A stretch of DNA of 64,000 nucleotides from Octopus sinensis. Taxonomy: Eukaryota. A program made the translations under genes and the position numbers. The DNA lies in the NCBI RefSeq assembly GCF_006345805.1, contig NC_042998.1, positions 74,586,001-74,650,000 on the forward strand, in the 5' to 3' direction. Shown in pieces: positions 49,591 to 61,740 of this stretch (positions are counted from its first letter, which is position 1; every line of letters begins with the position of its first letter). The notes under the pieces were generated by a model that saw only the letters and a program-made list of their open reading frames with translations, had not been told where the DNA came from and did not search any database.

Positions 49591-52093
49591 TATGTTTGAC
49601 TTTTGCTTTATATTTGTACAAGTTGGCTCCAAGTCTCACCCAGAGACCTCAAGAGACAACAGGGTTGGAAGTTCATGTTGTTGTTATGCCTAGTGTGCCA
49701 TATATTTGGGGGGGGGGATGTTGTACTAATGAATGTCTAAAAAAAAAAGTTTTTTTGTTTTTTTTTAAACCGAAAATTATGGTTGTTTTTAAACCTTGAG
49801 GTTACATAGAGAGTATTTTGCGTAGGATATGAGCAGTTCCCATGAACACTATCTTTTGAACTTCTGCCATTTTTGGGTTTTCCTGGTATCTGAGTTAGGT
49901 AGCTATCAGTCCCTTTTGCTATCATTCCCAGGGCACCTATGACAACAGGTATTGTTTTAGTCTTCAGCTTCCACATTTGCTGATTTCTATTTCAAGATCT
50001 TTATATTTGCTCAGTTTTTGGTAGGTCCTGACAGATACGTTTATATCGATTGGGACAGTCATATCAATGAGGAGGCATGTTCTTTGTTTGAAGTCTTTCA
50101 ATATGATGTCTGGCCTATTTGCATCTATCTTCCTGTCAGTTTGAATGGTGAAGTTCCAGAGGAGTGAGATGTGGTCATTTTCAAGCACTGGGGGTGGTTT
50201 GTGTTCCCACCAGTTTTTTTCATGGGGCAAATCCAGGTTTTTACAGATTACCCAGTGAATATATTGTGCAGCTCTATCGTGCCTGTTGAGATACTCTGTA
50301 GGCGCTAGAAGACTGCACTGGAGACCACATGGTCAATGGTTTCATTTTGTTGCTTGCATACACGACACGTTGGACTGCTTCTGATCTTTAATATGTTGGC
50401 CTGGTAGTTTCTTGTTGGTAGGCATTGATCTTGAGCTGCTATGATAAACCCCTCTGTTTCAGATTTTAAGCCAGAGGCCATTAGCCATTGATGGGTCAGG
50501 GCTTTGTCGATATCTGCATTATTCGCTCTCTTTGGGTATTTGCCATAGAGAGGTTTTTCTTGCCATTTATTATTCAGAATATCTAAGGCCGCAGTTTTGG
50601 CACGGGTTTTCATGCGCCTAGCTTTTTCTGTGCTTGTTTCTTGTATGTCTATCTCTAATTCCGAAATTGGTTGTATTCGGAATTCACTTAGATATTCCTT
50701 TGCCTGTTTTGTGACTGAGTATGATGCTTTCTTGTTTTCATGTTTTGAGACAAGTTTTAACATCCAGTCCTCAGAGTTTTTCAGGTAGGTGTCTAGGCCA
50801 ATTGTAGCAATCTTCATTGTTATTGCCAGTTGCAAAAGACCACGGCCTCCCTCTTTTCTTGGCAGATAGAGTCGTTCTGTATCTGCCTTAGGGTGGTGCA
50901 TTCTATGCATTGTCAACAGTTTCCTTATTTTTCTGTCGAGCTGACATATTTCAGTAATTGACCAGTTAACAATATTGAAACTGTAAGTCACGACTGGTAT
51001 AGCTAATGCATTGATTGCTTCGATCCTGTTTCTTGCATTCAGCTCTGTCTTGAGTATTGCTCTCACTCTTCGATAGCATTCTCTCCTGATCCTTTCCTTC
51101 ATCTCTGAATGCCTTATTCCGTTCCCTTCAATTACCCTAGGTACTTGTAGCTCTCCGCTGGGTCTAGTTCTTTTATGACATTCTGTTGGTCAAGGTTAAC
51201 GTTAGATGTTTCTGTCATTTTTCCTTTGATAAAGGTAGCCTTTGCACATTTATCGAGGCCGAATTGCATTCTGATGTCGTCACTGAATTGTTTGACTATC
51301 GCTAGTAAGCCCTTGAGTTGTTGATCATTTTTTGCAAAAAGCTTTAAATCATCCATGTAAACGAGATGATTTATATTTTTATCAAACATTTTATACCCGT
51401 ACTGCGCGTCATTGAGCAGCTTTGAGAGAGGTATTAAGGATAAACAAACGAGAGTGGTGACAGTGAGTCACCCTGGAAAATGCCACACGAAATTTTTACA
51501 TCACCAGCATTTAGGGATTCACTGTCACTGTTCAGAGTTAGTGTGGTTCTCCATGATCTCATACTTACAGTCAAGAAGTTTCGCAGAGTTGGTGCTATCT
51601 TATACATTTCAAGGCATTTCCTAATCCAGCTATGTGGTAGGCTATCAAAAGCCTTTTATAGTCTATCCAAGCTATTGATAAGTTTTTTGTGTCGTTTGTG
51701 ACAATCTTCTAAGATCATCTTATTGATGAGTAGTTGGTCTTTACAGCCGTAGGATCCACGTTTACATCCTTCTGTTCATTAGGGAATATGCTGCTGTCTG
51801 TTAAAAAACTATAGGTATATTCCGTCAGGACAGATGTTAGAGTTTTGTACATAGTTGTTAAGCAGGTTATGGTCTATAGTTTTTTGGTTCATTTGTTTCT
51901 TCACTTTTTGGAAGCAGGAATGTTAACCATTAACTAGCCAAGGAGGCATCCTACTAGGGTGTTGCAGAACATCATTGTACAGTTCTGTTAGCAGTTCATG
52001 GCTCTCTGGGAAGGCATTCAGCCAGAAGTTAGGAATTTTATCCTTTCCTGGAGACTTCCATTTGCTTGACCTCCTGAGAGCAGATCTTATATC

Positions 52094-52095
<2 letters not shown>
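49590..52095 (-). mobile_element. 5'-truncated R4/Dong LINE (RT, CCHC, REL, 3' UTR)
   Basis: KWKSPGKDKIPNFW; NHLVYMDDLKLF; YKYLG; HPKADTERLYLPRKEGGRGL; CRVC..ETIDHVVS; NRPDII; LIDMTVP; IPVVIGALG; (TTA)n on both sides. Confidence 0.95.
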
Positions 52096-52167
<72 letters not shown>

Positions 52168-52415
52168 GAGTGAGAGAGAGCAGTACATGCCATCAAAGTG
52201 ACACTGGGGTAGAAATATACGAAGCCCAATATACCTATCATGACTACCCGTCTGATAAGGTACTTGCATTACAAACATATGTACGTGACATGATGATCTC
52301 ATATCAAGATAAACAGCCACACGACCTAGCCGGTGGGGCCCAGTTAGAAATTTCTTCTGGTCGAGTAACCCATCCCGCTCAAAAGGTCCCTGAATAAGGG
52401 TTGTTTAAGGATGTT
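52168..52415 (-). mobile_element. ORF-less microsatellite-associated repeat, copy 4 (3' part, 5'-truncated)
   Basis: Collinear with 48944-49197; (TTA)n on both sides. Confidence 0.85.
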
Positions 52416-52459
52416 ATTATTATTGTTGTTGTTGTTGTTTTTATTATCATTATTATTAT

Positions 52460-52655
52460 GGCGACGAGCTAAGAGAATCGTTACCGCACAGAGTATTTCA
52501 TCTGTTTTTACGTTCTGAGGTCAATCTCCGCCGAGATCGTCATAGCTTTTCATCTTTTCAGGATCAATAAAATAAGGACCCTTTGAGCACTGGGATCGAA
52601 GCGATCGACTAACCCTTCACCCGAAATTGCCGGTCATGAGCCACAATTTGAAATC
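52460..52655 (+). mobile_element. SINE family B
   Basis: ggcgacgagctaagagaatcgtta head; cttttcatcttttcaggatcaataaaataag body. Confidence 0.8.
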
Positions 52656-53009
52656 ATTACTATTATTCCTATTGACACCTGACGTCCTGAATTGACATCC
52701 CTTCGAAGTCATTTTTGCCCTTCATCCTTTCGGGTACTAGTCAAGTACCGGGCTCCGTGTATTCGACTAATATCCTCTCCTATATACTTTCGCTGATATT
52801 CAGACAAATAGCTGTACTGCTTCTGTTTCTGGTGCTAGTCTCGTATAGTGAACAAAAGATAGTTTTGTCAGTTGGTGTAATAAGTTACATTTTGACAGAG
52901 ATCACTGGTCTGAAATGATCTCAGTGCGTGATGAGACAGGCAAGTATAGAACTTAAAAACTTGTAATCCAACCGTTTACGGTCACTAACATCGTTGCTGA
53001 TTGAACAAT

Positions 53010-53628
53010 AATAGCGAAGACGACGCCGACGACGATGACGACAACAACAATAACAATAACAGTAACAACGAAACAAAAACAATAGCAACAACAACAACAT
53101 GACAATATCATCAATAAGTTATGATTGAGATGAATAAGACGATATGAGTGAGGATAGTAATGGTGTTGATAATGATGCTGAGGCGATGGAAATGGTGGTA
53201 GAGGCGGTGGTGATGATGGGGATAATGATGATGACGACTCAGACGACGACAACAATAACAACAATATAACAAACATATCATTAATGGTTATGAGTAAGAT
53301 GAATAAGACGATATGGATAAGACGACGCTAATGGTGTTGATGAAGATAAGGTGGGTGATAGGAATGGTGATGGTGATGATAATGATGATGATGATGATGA
53401 TGATGTCGACTACGACGACGATATCGAAAACAATAACAATATTATAGCAAGCAAATCATTAATGGTCATGATTGAAACGACTTAGAGGAAAAGAGTGAAG
53501 ATAGTAATGGTGTTGTTGTTGATGATGATAATGATGATGATGATGATGATGAAGAAGTGGAGGAGGAAGATGGGAGTGATCATGTTGTGGTGATGATGAG
53601 TTTGATGATGATGATGATGATGATGACG

Positions 53629-53660
<32 letters not shown>

Positions 53661-53815
53661 GGTGATGATACTGGTGGTGGTGATGGTGGTGGTGATAACG
53701 ACGACGACAACGACGATGATGACGACGACGACGCCAACGCCGCCGTCGATGATGATGATGATGATGATGATGATGACGATGACGACGACGATGATGATGA
53801 TGACGATGGAAATAT
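53010..53815. repeat. Degenerate (GAT/GAC/GGT)n tract with higher-order repetition
   Basis: Recurrent non-microsatellite linkers (atcattaatggt.atga, gatgaataagacgatatg, taatggtgttg) at ~170-190-nt spacing. Confidence 0.85.
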
Positions 53816-55059
53816 GGAAGATAAAGTTCACCTGTAATTGTCAGAATGATAGTTCGATTAATCTCCAATATATGAAGTGAACACATTTTTCTGACTGATA
53901 ATCTCCAAACATTGACATTACTTTTCTTTTATTTTTACTCTTTTCGATGGTTAAACCGCTTTAAGATTATAATTAATGTCATATCTCTATTTATTCAGCT
54001 TCATCTATTTATTTGAACTTCTAGTAAACATTGTGCAATTTACAATTTCTTTTTCTGTTTACTTTCTTATTTTCAGAATTTAATAACAAAACTTTAAAAA
54101 AGAAAAAAAAAAACTTAACAAATCAAAACGATATTTTTTTTTCATTTTGTATTTCAATTCAAATTAAATTATTGCTTAAAATTTATTTTGAAATAGCAAT
54201 ATTTATTTTCAAAGTTAAACAATTTTAAAGTGAAATATTTCCAAAAGCAATGAAATTCCTGGAAATTATGTAAATAATTTTTATGAATTACATAACTCTG
54301 GCCGCTTAGAACTTGGTGAGTTTGGTGCCAGTACTTTTGGTGAGATTGCTCTTTTTTTACATAAGAAAGCTGGATTTAGTCATTTTATCGGATTAATTTG
54401 CGTTTAGTAATTATGTAATTAATTCTAGCCATCTCTTCTTAAATAATTCTTTCTGTGATAATATATTTCTTCTATATTATTTCTAATAAATGTAGTTTTT
54501 TTTATGCAGCAATGAATTCTGTTTTGTGTATTAAATGAAATTAAAGAAACCCTGAAATATATTAATAATACTTTGTTTGCTAGAAATACAAAACCTGTAG
54601 AAAAAAAACGTCTCTTGTTGCTAGTAATATTTCTAACGCAATAGATATTTTTTACGTAATAATGACAGTACAAATAAGAACGAGAAAGTTATGTTGCCAT
54701 AAACCTACAACATCCTTCGCTATTTCATAAATTACTGTAAATAATGTACCCGGGTTTCATATTAGCGTTAAACTAATATCTTTCTCAAATACTTTATCTC
54801 ACACACAATTTGAGGCTGATGAAATTAAAACTCAACTATTCACGTTCTGAAACGGCTTTAAAACTTCTACCTTGTCTGGTCAATCATCGAAAGCTCTCTA
54901 TAAAAGTAGTCATTCAGAGATTTGTATATTTTATCAAGCCCTTTAATGCAGTACTAGGATAACCAACGAATTCCTATTTGTATTGGTGAATGATATTACA
55001 CAAAATATTCAGTTTTATTTCAAGACGTCTTGCCAATAGAGACAGAGCCAGTTTCTAAC

Positions 55060-56527
55060 CAACATACATGCGCCTACTATCAAGCTGGCTGTACATGAAG
55101 GCTTTTGGTATTATTTCGTCTCTCATTTTGACGACATGGCCACCCCAGCGCAATTACGACTGCATAAGGTAACTCTCGATTCTACCAATCTTACACTTGC
55201 TGAACAGGTCGCCATTAGAAACTGTCTTTTAATGAATAACTACAGAATGCCCGGAGACAGCATTAGTGGTTAATATGCCGTCTATAGGGTGTCCACGAAA
55301 CTGAGACATACAAGAGAGTAGTAAGAATGGCAGCTTTATAGACCTGTACTTTGGTGTCAAGTTTAATTCCCCTTTCATTCAATTGGCGATGATGGAGTTT
55401 GTCAAATGCGTTGGTTGCTTTTGCAAGACGGTTGACGATTTCATTATCAAGGGAAGCGCTCGAGTTCACTTTACTACCAAGATATGTAAAATGACTTCAC
55501 ATACTTTAGGTTTTTCTCATCAACCTGTATAGGAGTGTCAGAGAAATTGTGAATCTGTGGGTTCAGCTTGACACCTCGAATTTGCTTAGGAGTAGGGTAA
55601 GGTTGGTAGATCACTTCTGTCTTCTTAATGCTGATGGTCAAGCAAATGCCTTACATACAGCAGAAAACCAGTCCAGAAGTTCATGAGCTTCCTCTAAGGA
55701 GGTCGCTACTAGTGCAGCGGAATCTGCAAAAGGCAGATCACAAATGATATTGGCACATGGTTTGACTTTGAAACACTGATGATTGAATAGTCCGCCACTT
55801 GTTCGAAACTGGAATTTGACATCACTTTGTCAGTAAAAACATCTCTCAGCATCACTGAAAAGTGAAGAAGTATGCAAACAAAACAAGGGCCATAACACAA
55901 CTTTGCTTTGTGCTATTTGTAATATCGAAGGAAGCCGAAAATTTCCTGCTGGATACGAAAACAGTCTTCATTCGCTCACGAAAGGAGATGATAACATTCA
56001 ACATCTTGTCAGGTATACCAAGCTTTTTCAGAACTTTCCAAAGGGCTTGCTGGTTAATAGTGTCGATGGCATTATTAATGTCAATGAAGACTATGAAAAA
56101 CTCTTCTTTTTTCTTATGTAACTTTTCGATGACCTGACGAAGGGAAATATCATGTCGATAGTGCCACGACTAGAGCGAAGTTCGCATTGTGGTTCTGGGT
56201 AGATGTCATTTATGACGTGTTTGATGATCCTGTCACGAACGAGTCGAGCAACTATCTTTCCAGCAATAGACAGAAGTGATATCCCACGATGATTATCACA
56301 GACGCTTTTGTTTCCTTTGTTCTTATATAGATGATTTGAAGCATCCTTAAAGTCCTGTGGTACAGGACCTACTATTCAAATATTTATGAAGAGGTCATGC
56401 AATTTCGTGAAAAGCTTCTGTCCACCATGCTTGTAGATTTCCGGCGGGACAGCATCCCTCACAGGTGCTTTACCAGAAAAGATCTGTTTAATGGAGTTTA
56501 TCACTTCCAGGAAAGTTGGCTCCAGAG

Positions 56528-56530
<3 letters not shown>
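55060..56530 (-). mobile_element. RTE-clade LINE, RT region, degenerate
   Basis: [26 protein letters not shown]; PQDFKDA..LYKNKG..CDNHRGISLLSIAGK; LDNEIVNRLAKATNAF..IKLDTKVQVYKAAILTTLLY...WT. Confidence 0.92.
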
Positions 56531-56623
<93 letters not shown>

Positions 56624-56676
56624 AGAGAAAATAGAGATAAATTAGTAATTATTTATTAATTACAAAATTGGACATA

Positions 56677-56872
56677 ATCTCTGACAGCTGTTTCGATTCA
56701 AGACTTTAGAAATTTATTATTACAATTAAAAACATTTTAAAGTTGAATCTCATCGGATGTGGGAAAATATTATTGTGTTGAGTGTAGGGAGTAAATCTAC
56801 TAACTCCCTACACTCAACACACAATATGAAAATGTAAGGGTATATCTTTTTCTACCTCCGATGAGATTCAAC
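56677..56872 (-). repeat. Fold-back element with degenerate hammerhead (56677-56760, minus strand)
   Basis: Minus strand: CCGATGA-gattcaa...ttgaatc-GAAA-C-agct-G-TC; inverted arms gttgaatctcatcgga / tccgatgagattcaac and gtgttgagtgtagggagt / actccctacactcaacac. Confidence 0.65.
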
Positions 56873-57067
56873 ACTTAATTTAATTATCTCTATTTTCCTA
56901 TTTTTTAAAAATATATAAAAACTTCGCTTTATCCAATTACCTTACAGTTCAATATTAAATGTAATACTCAATACTTTTTGTAATAAGTAATAAACCAGTA
57001 TATTAATTGGAATTTATTATCCCTAAATGAGGTTTTTAATCTTTAATTGAACTTATATATACATATA

Positions 57068-57099
<32 letters not shown>

Positions 57100-57307
57100 C
57101 CGATATATATATATATGCACTTTATTTGTGGGTTAACAAGGCTACCAGTTATTTTGATGTAAAGAGGGATACCTTGACGATTTTCAAGCCTGTCATATGA
57201 GGACGTTGGTGAAACTATTAGTAGCGTTGTTAACCCACAAAGAAGAATATTTATCCACCAATGCGGCCTTTAGTATTGATTCTCATTGTCCGACATTGAC
57301 GTGTATA

Positions 57308-57340
<33 letters not shown>

Positions 57341-57364
57341 CGAGAGAGAGAGAGGGATATTAGC

Positions 57365-57416
<52 letters not shown>

Positions 57417-57899
57417 TAGAAATGCACACGAAGACTTGAACACATTCATTCAAGCGCATGTAACTATTTGATGCATGCCGTCCTTTTCTTCCCTTCTTGC
57501 TAGAGGAATTGAGAGAGAACATGCTTGATAGAACATTGGAATCCTTATATGGTCCATTGTTCTATTGAGTACTGCTTACATGTATATGCATGCCTATATT
57601 ACCCATTTTTTTTTTGTAGTAGAAAGAAAACTATTATTTCGTTGTTTCTAAAACGATGTACAATGCCCTCAGTAAAGAGAATCTATCTGGAATACGCAAA
57701 TAAGCGTTTTTGATATTGAATGCATTCCAAACGTTTTAAAATAAGGCACTTCAGCGGAAAATCCGAAATCAAAACTTCCGATAGATTCAACTATATCAAT
57801 TCTAACATTATTGTTTGAGGCAGAAAAAAAAACACAAAAAGTTGTGAACTCTTATAGAAGAATTCAATGGAAAACATGTTTTCACAATCATTGCAAAAA

Positions 57900-58070
57900 A
57901 AGTAATTATTTACGTGCAAGTACATATGAAAATACAACCAAGTAAATACTTCGATCTCAACAAATTCTGCCTTTCTACAAAACTGAAATGAGATCCACAA
58001 TGGAATATTGCTCTCCATGTCTGAGATGGCGCTGTTGCTGCATAGTCACATCCAAAATACACTTCTCGTG
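57900..58070 (+). mobile_element. L2/Crack-like LINE 3' RT fragment
   Basis: SQQILPFYKTEMRSTMEYCSP ~ QQLL.LYKAQVRP.MEYCSH; same type as 2200-3230. Confidence 0.6.
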
Positions 58071-58154
58071 AAAAATTTGGATAAATTTGAGGGTTTCAGG
58101 TTGAGAAAAATATAAATATTGTGTTAAATTGGTCTGCAGGCAGAACAGTACTGG

Positions 58155-58398
58155 TATTCTTTTAATCTTTTATTTGTTTCAGTCACTTGACTGCGGCGAT
58201 GCTGGAGCACCATGTTTAGTCGAACAAATCGACCTCAAACCTTATTCTTTGTAAGCCTAGCACGTATTCTATCGGCACCTTTTGACGAACCGCTAAGGTA
58301 CGGGGACGTAAAAACACCAGCAAAGGTTGGGGACAAACACAGACACACAAACATACACACGCACACACATACACACACATACAGGCACGCATATATAC

Positions 58399-58434
<36 letters not shown>

Positions 58435-58514
58435 CAGGATTCTTTCAGTTTCTCTCTACCAAATCCTCTCAGAAGGCCCGAGGCTATACTTACCCCACAG
58501 CCACGCCTGCGCCT
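58155..58514 (-). mobile_element. SINE family A (internally deleted)
   Basis: Head aggcgcaggcgtggctgtgggg; tail gactgaaacaaataaaag. Confidence 0.85.
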
Positions 58515-58664
58515 GTGTGCAAAACATTTCTAAAATTATCCTTACTATAGTATTGTTGATGCCTAAATTCCTATGATTTATTAAGAACCGCTTCCAAGTT
58601 TATAGTGATAATTAAAAAATTATACATACACACACACATCAGTACGCACACATTGCATATGTAT

Positions 58665-58760
58665 GTCTGTATGTACGTATGTATGTATGTATGTATGTAT
58701 GTATGTATGTATGTATGTATGTATGTATGTATGTATGTATGTATGTACGTATGTATGTAT
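58665..58760. repeat. (TATG)n microsatellite
   Basis: Direct reading. Confidence 0.97.
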
Positions 58761-58807
58761 TCTAAATGATTAATACGGAAGAAAGAGTGCAGTGGAAGTT
58801 TTATTTA

Positions 58808-58899
58808 GGACGACGATCGTTTCGGCTTACTTCTGGGTGAGGAACTATGTAATGGAACGGAATGCACTCCATAGTGCATAAGAAACTTCCTCAGACTAC
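58808..58899 (-). ncRNA. Degenerate hammerhead-like motif
   Basis: Minus strand: CTGAGGA-ag...gcc-GAAA-C-gatc-G-TC with palindromic stem III; stems I and II decayed. Confidence 0.35.
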
Positions 58900-59026
58900 G
58901 GAAAGCGGTTCAGTATTATAAGATGTACCTTTCGCTGATATGTATGCCAAGGTCATCAATCGCCATCATCATCATCATCTTCAAACATCATGAAACATCA
59001 TCATCAAACATCATGTGATACGGCCT

Positions 59027-59116
59027 GATCCGGTTTGGACCGGTCTGAACCAGTTTCGACCGCTCTGATCCGGTGGGAACCGGTCTTATCCGGTTTGGAC
59101 AGGTCTGGACCGGTCT
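59027..59116. repeat. 10-bp minisatellite, 9 units (consensus ~GRWCCGGTYT)
   Basis: gatccggttt ggaccggtct gaaccagttt cgaccgctct gatccggtgg gaaccggtct tatccggttt ggacaggtct ggaccggtct. Confidence 0.9.
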
Positions 59117-59207
59117 ATTGATGAGCGTGCAGCTTTTGTTGATGAAAACGTTCCAATATTTTGAAGTCCTGTTCATCTTTCACAACCATATAAGAATATT
59201 CTAATGA

Positions 59208-59608
59208 TGGCGGGAGTGGGTTTGTGGTAAGTAGTTTGCTTACCAACCACTTGATTCTGAGTTCAATCCCGTTGCGTGGCACTTTGGACAAGTGTCTTCT
59301 TTTATAGCCTCGGGCCGACCAAAGCCTTGTGAGTGGATTTGGTAGACGAAAACTAAAAGAATCCTGTCATATATATATATATGTATATGTATATGTTTGT
59401 GTGTCTGTGCTTGCACCCCCCCAACATCGCTTGACAATCGATGTTAGTGTGTTTACGTCCCTGTAACTTAGCGGTTCGACATAAGAGACCGATAGAATAA
59501 GTACTAGGCTTACAACGAATAAGTCCTGGGGTATGTTTGTTCGACTAAAGGAGGTGCTCCAGCATGGCCGCAGTCAAATGATTGAGAGAAATAAGAGAAT
59601 AAAAGAAT
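59208..59608 (+). mobile_element. SINE family A
   Basis: ggcgggagtgggtttgtggtaag head, gagttcaatccc B box, tail gagaaataagagaataaaagaat. Confidence 0.88.
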
Positions 59609-59842
59609 CGGAGCTTGATAAATCGTCAGCTTTTAGGAGGAGTAGATCTTTGCTCTTGAAAATCGCCGTACTCCTTTTTCTAGTGCTTAATGGGCTCATC
59701 CAATTCTGTGTTTTGCATTAGTTTTGAAGCAAATTTGTAGGAAAAAAAATAAAAATAAACTTCCAAGATAGTAAAAGATATCACCTTGTTCTATAGCTGC
59801 ATCATAAATGCTTGGCAAAGCGTCGTTGAAAATCAGCGAGAT

Positions 59843-60205
59843 TGTACTTACTTGTACTTGTGGTGGCGTTCACCCAGGGCGGGTTGAGCCGGCTTCTTCT
59901 CTCATAGAAGTTTCGTGGGAATATTGAATTCACAAGCAGCCCTGTTTGCTGTGGAGTATGCACAGTTGCAGGGACAGATCGACCTCAAAGCCGCCGGTTG
60001 CTGATCAGACGCCTCTTGGAATTTTCACCAGAACCCCGTTGGCCAGGCTGCAGCCCTAATACCGCTCGGTACCAGACCAATCCGCCTTGGGTGGCCCTAC
60101 CAGGAACCGAAGTTACCGACGGCATAGCTCTGATACTGCCCGTTTACACCACCCTACCGTTTTGAGGAGGGGTTGGATTTTAGGGTAGAGCGAGATTGGC
60201 CTTCA
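59843..60205 (-). mobile_element. GC-rich short element resembling an RTE 5' UTR joined to an RTE-like tail (possible non-autonomous RTE derivative)
   Basis: Minus strand: gagctatgccg..cctggtagggccacccaaggcggattggtctgg.. recalls RTE 5'-UTR sequence from memory; ends accacaagtacaagtaagta. Confidence 0.45.
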
Positions 60206-60726
60206 GAGGAGATTGTTTAAAAACTTCAGTCTTCGTCATATGCAATGTGGTGTCAAAACGATCAGTGATTTTGACTGATTACTAGTTTTCAATGTGGGAC
60301 TTAAAGGAATGCTATATTTTTATTCTCCCTCCTCCTCTATCTCTCACTCACTCATACACACGCGGGCGCTTTTTTCCTCTCTCATACAGACAAAGGTAAT
60401 CGATCCTCTTCTAGATTTCAATTAACGTCATAACGCCATTCAGCTTCATCTGTTTACTTGAACTTTCAGTAAACACTGCTATTTAGAATCGTGTAATCAC
60501 TACAATCTTGTATCAAGGACTGTTAAGTCTTAGACGAAAAATCAAAACAAACTAAAGTACAAAGTTTCTAGATTCTAGGAGACTCTATCCTCCAACTTTT
60601 CTCTAGAGGTGGGTCGGTAGTTTTATATTTTACATGCATACATAAATATGTACAGACACACACACACATGTATATATATATATTGTCAATATATATATAT
60701 ATATATTGTCAATATATATATATTGT

Positions 60727-60769
<43 letters not shown>

Positions 60770-60842
60770 CATATATATATATATTGTCAATATATATGTA
60801 TATATATATATATATACATATTAGAGGGAATATACATATATA

Positions 60843-60906
60843 TTTATTTCATCTTTTATTTCATCTAGTTTCAGCTGACGAGCTGTGGCCATGCTGAGGC
60901 ACCGCC

Positions 60907-60909
<3 letters not shown>
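60843..60909 (-). mobile_element. SINE family A 3' tail fragment
   Basis: ctgtggccatgctgaggcaccgcc with repeated tttatttcatct tail. Confidence 0.7.
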
Positions 60910-60981
<72 letters not shown>

Positions 60982-61489
60982 CATAAACACACATATGTTC
61001 ATACGTAAATGGGTCTGTGTGGAGAGAGAAAGGGAGAGAGATGGTTAGTTGAAAGAGAAGTACAAAACATAAATTACAATAGGTAATTTTGTGGTAGATA
61101 CGTAGATATACGTAGATATATTTACACAAGCTCCATTATGATAAATATTGAGCACACTTATTTTTTGCAGACACATATTGACTTTAATTTATATGTATAT
61201 TGTTATATCATATTTTCGATATTTTATCATTATTTTAGAAACTACTTTTTTTTAATGACATATACTAATGCTGTACATATATACGCACACACACATATAT
61301 ATATGTATATATAGGTATGTATGAATATATATATATATATGCATACATACACTCACATATGTATATAAATACATGTACACATATACATACATACCTACAC
61401 ACACAAATATATAATTTTGTATATGTTACTGTCTCAATAAAGAAAAATATATCCAAAAATTCTATTAAAAAAGAAGAAAGAAATAATAT

Positions 61490-61740
61490 ACAGTATGCCA
61501 GTAGTTATTGGATAGTGACATCGTAAAAGGCCTGCTAGTCTTTGTACAATGTTGTTTTTGCAGAGTTGTCTTGTAATGGACGTAAATATTTGAGAGGAAA
61601 AAAAGACTATTTGTTGTAAATCTATGCTTAACAAAAGAACGCCAGAGTCAAGAAAAAGATTTGACTATTTCCTTTGTAGATCTAAGGTTAATAACAGAGA
61701 AGTAATGTTGACGACCAACAGATTCCCATAGAAAAAAATA
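61490..61740 (+). mobile_element. Old R4/Dong RT remnant
   Basis: NGRKYLRGKKDYLL..NARVKKK.LTISFVDLR ~ KGCRRGS.G.KDQLL..N...KKNLS.AWIDYKK. Confidence 0.45.

Noticed and set aside
54316-54395. STFGEIALF resembling the cyclic-nucleotide-binding FGEIAL motif
   Set aside because: No following RTA/RAA motif or upstream beta-barrel pattern; ORF ends after about 12 more codons.
54800-54870. CTGATGA..GAAAC spacing suggestive of another hammerhead
   Set aside because: None of the three stems can be paired.
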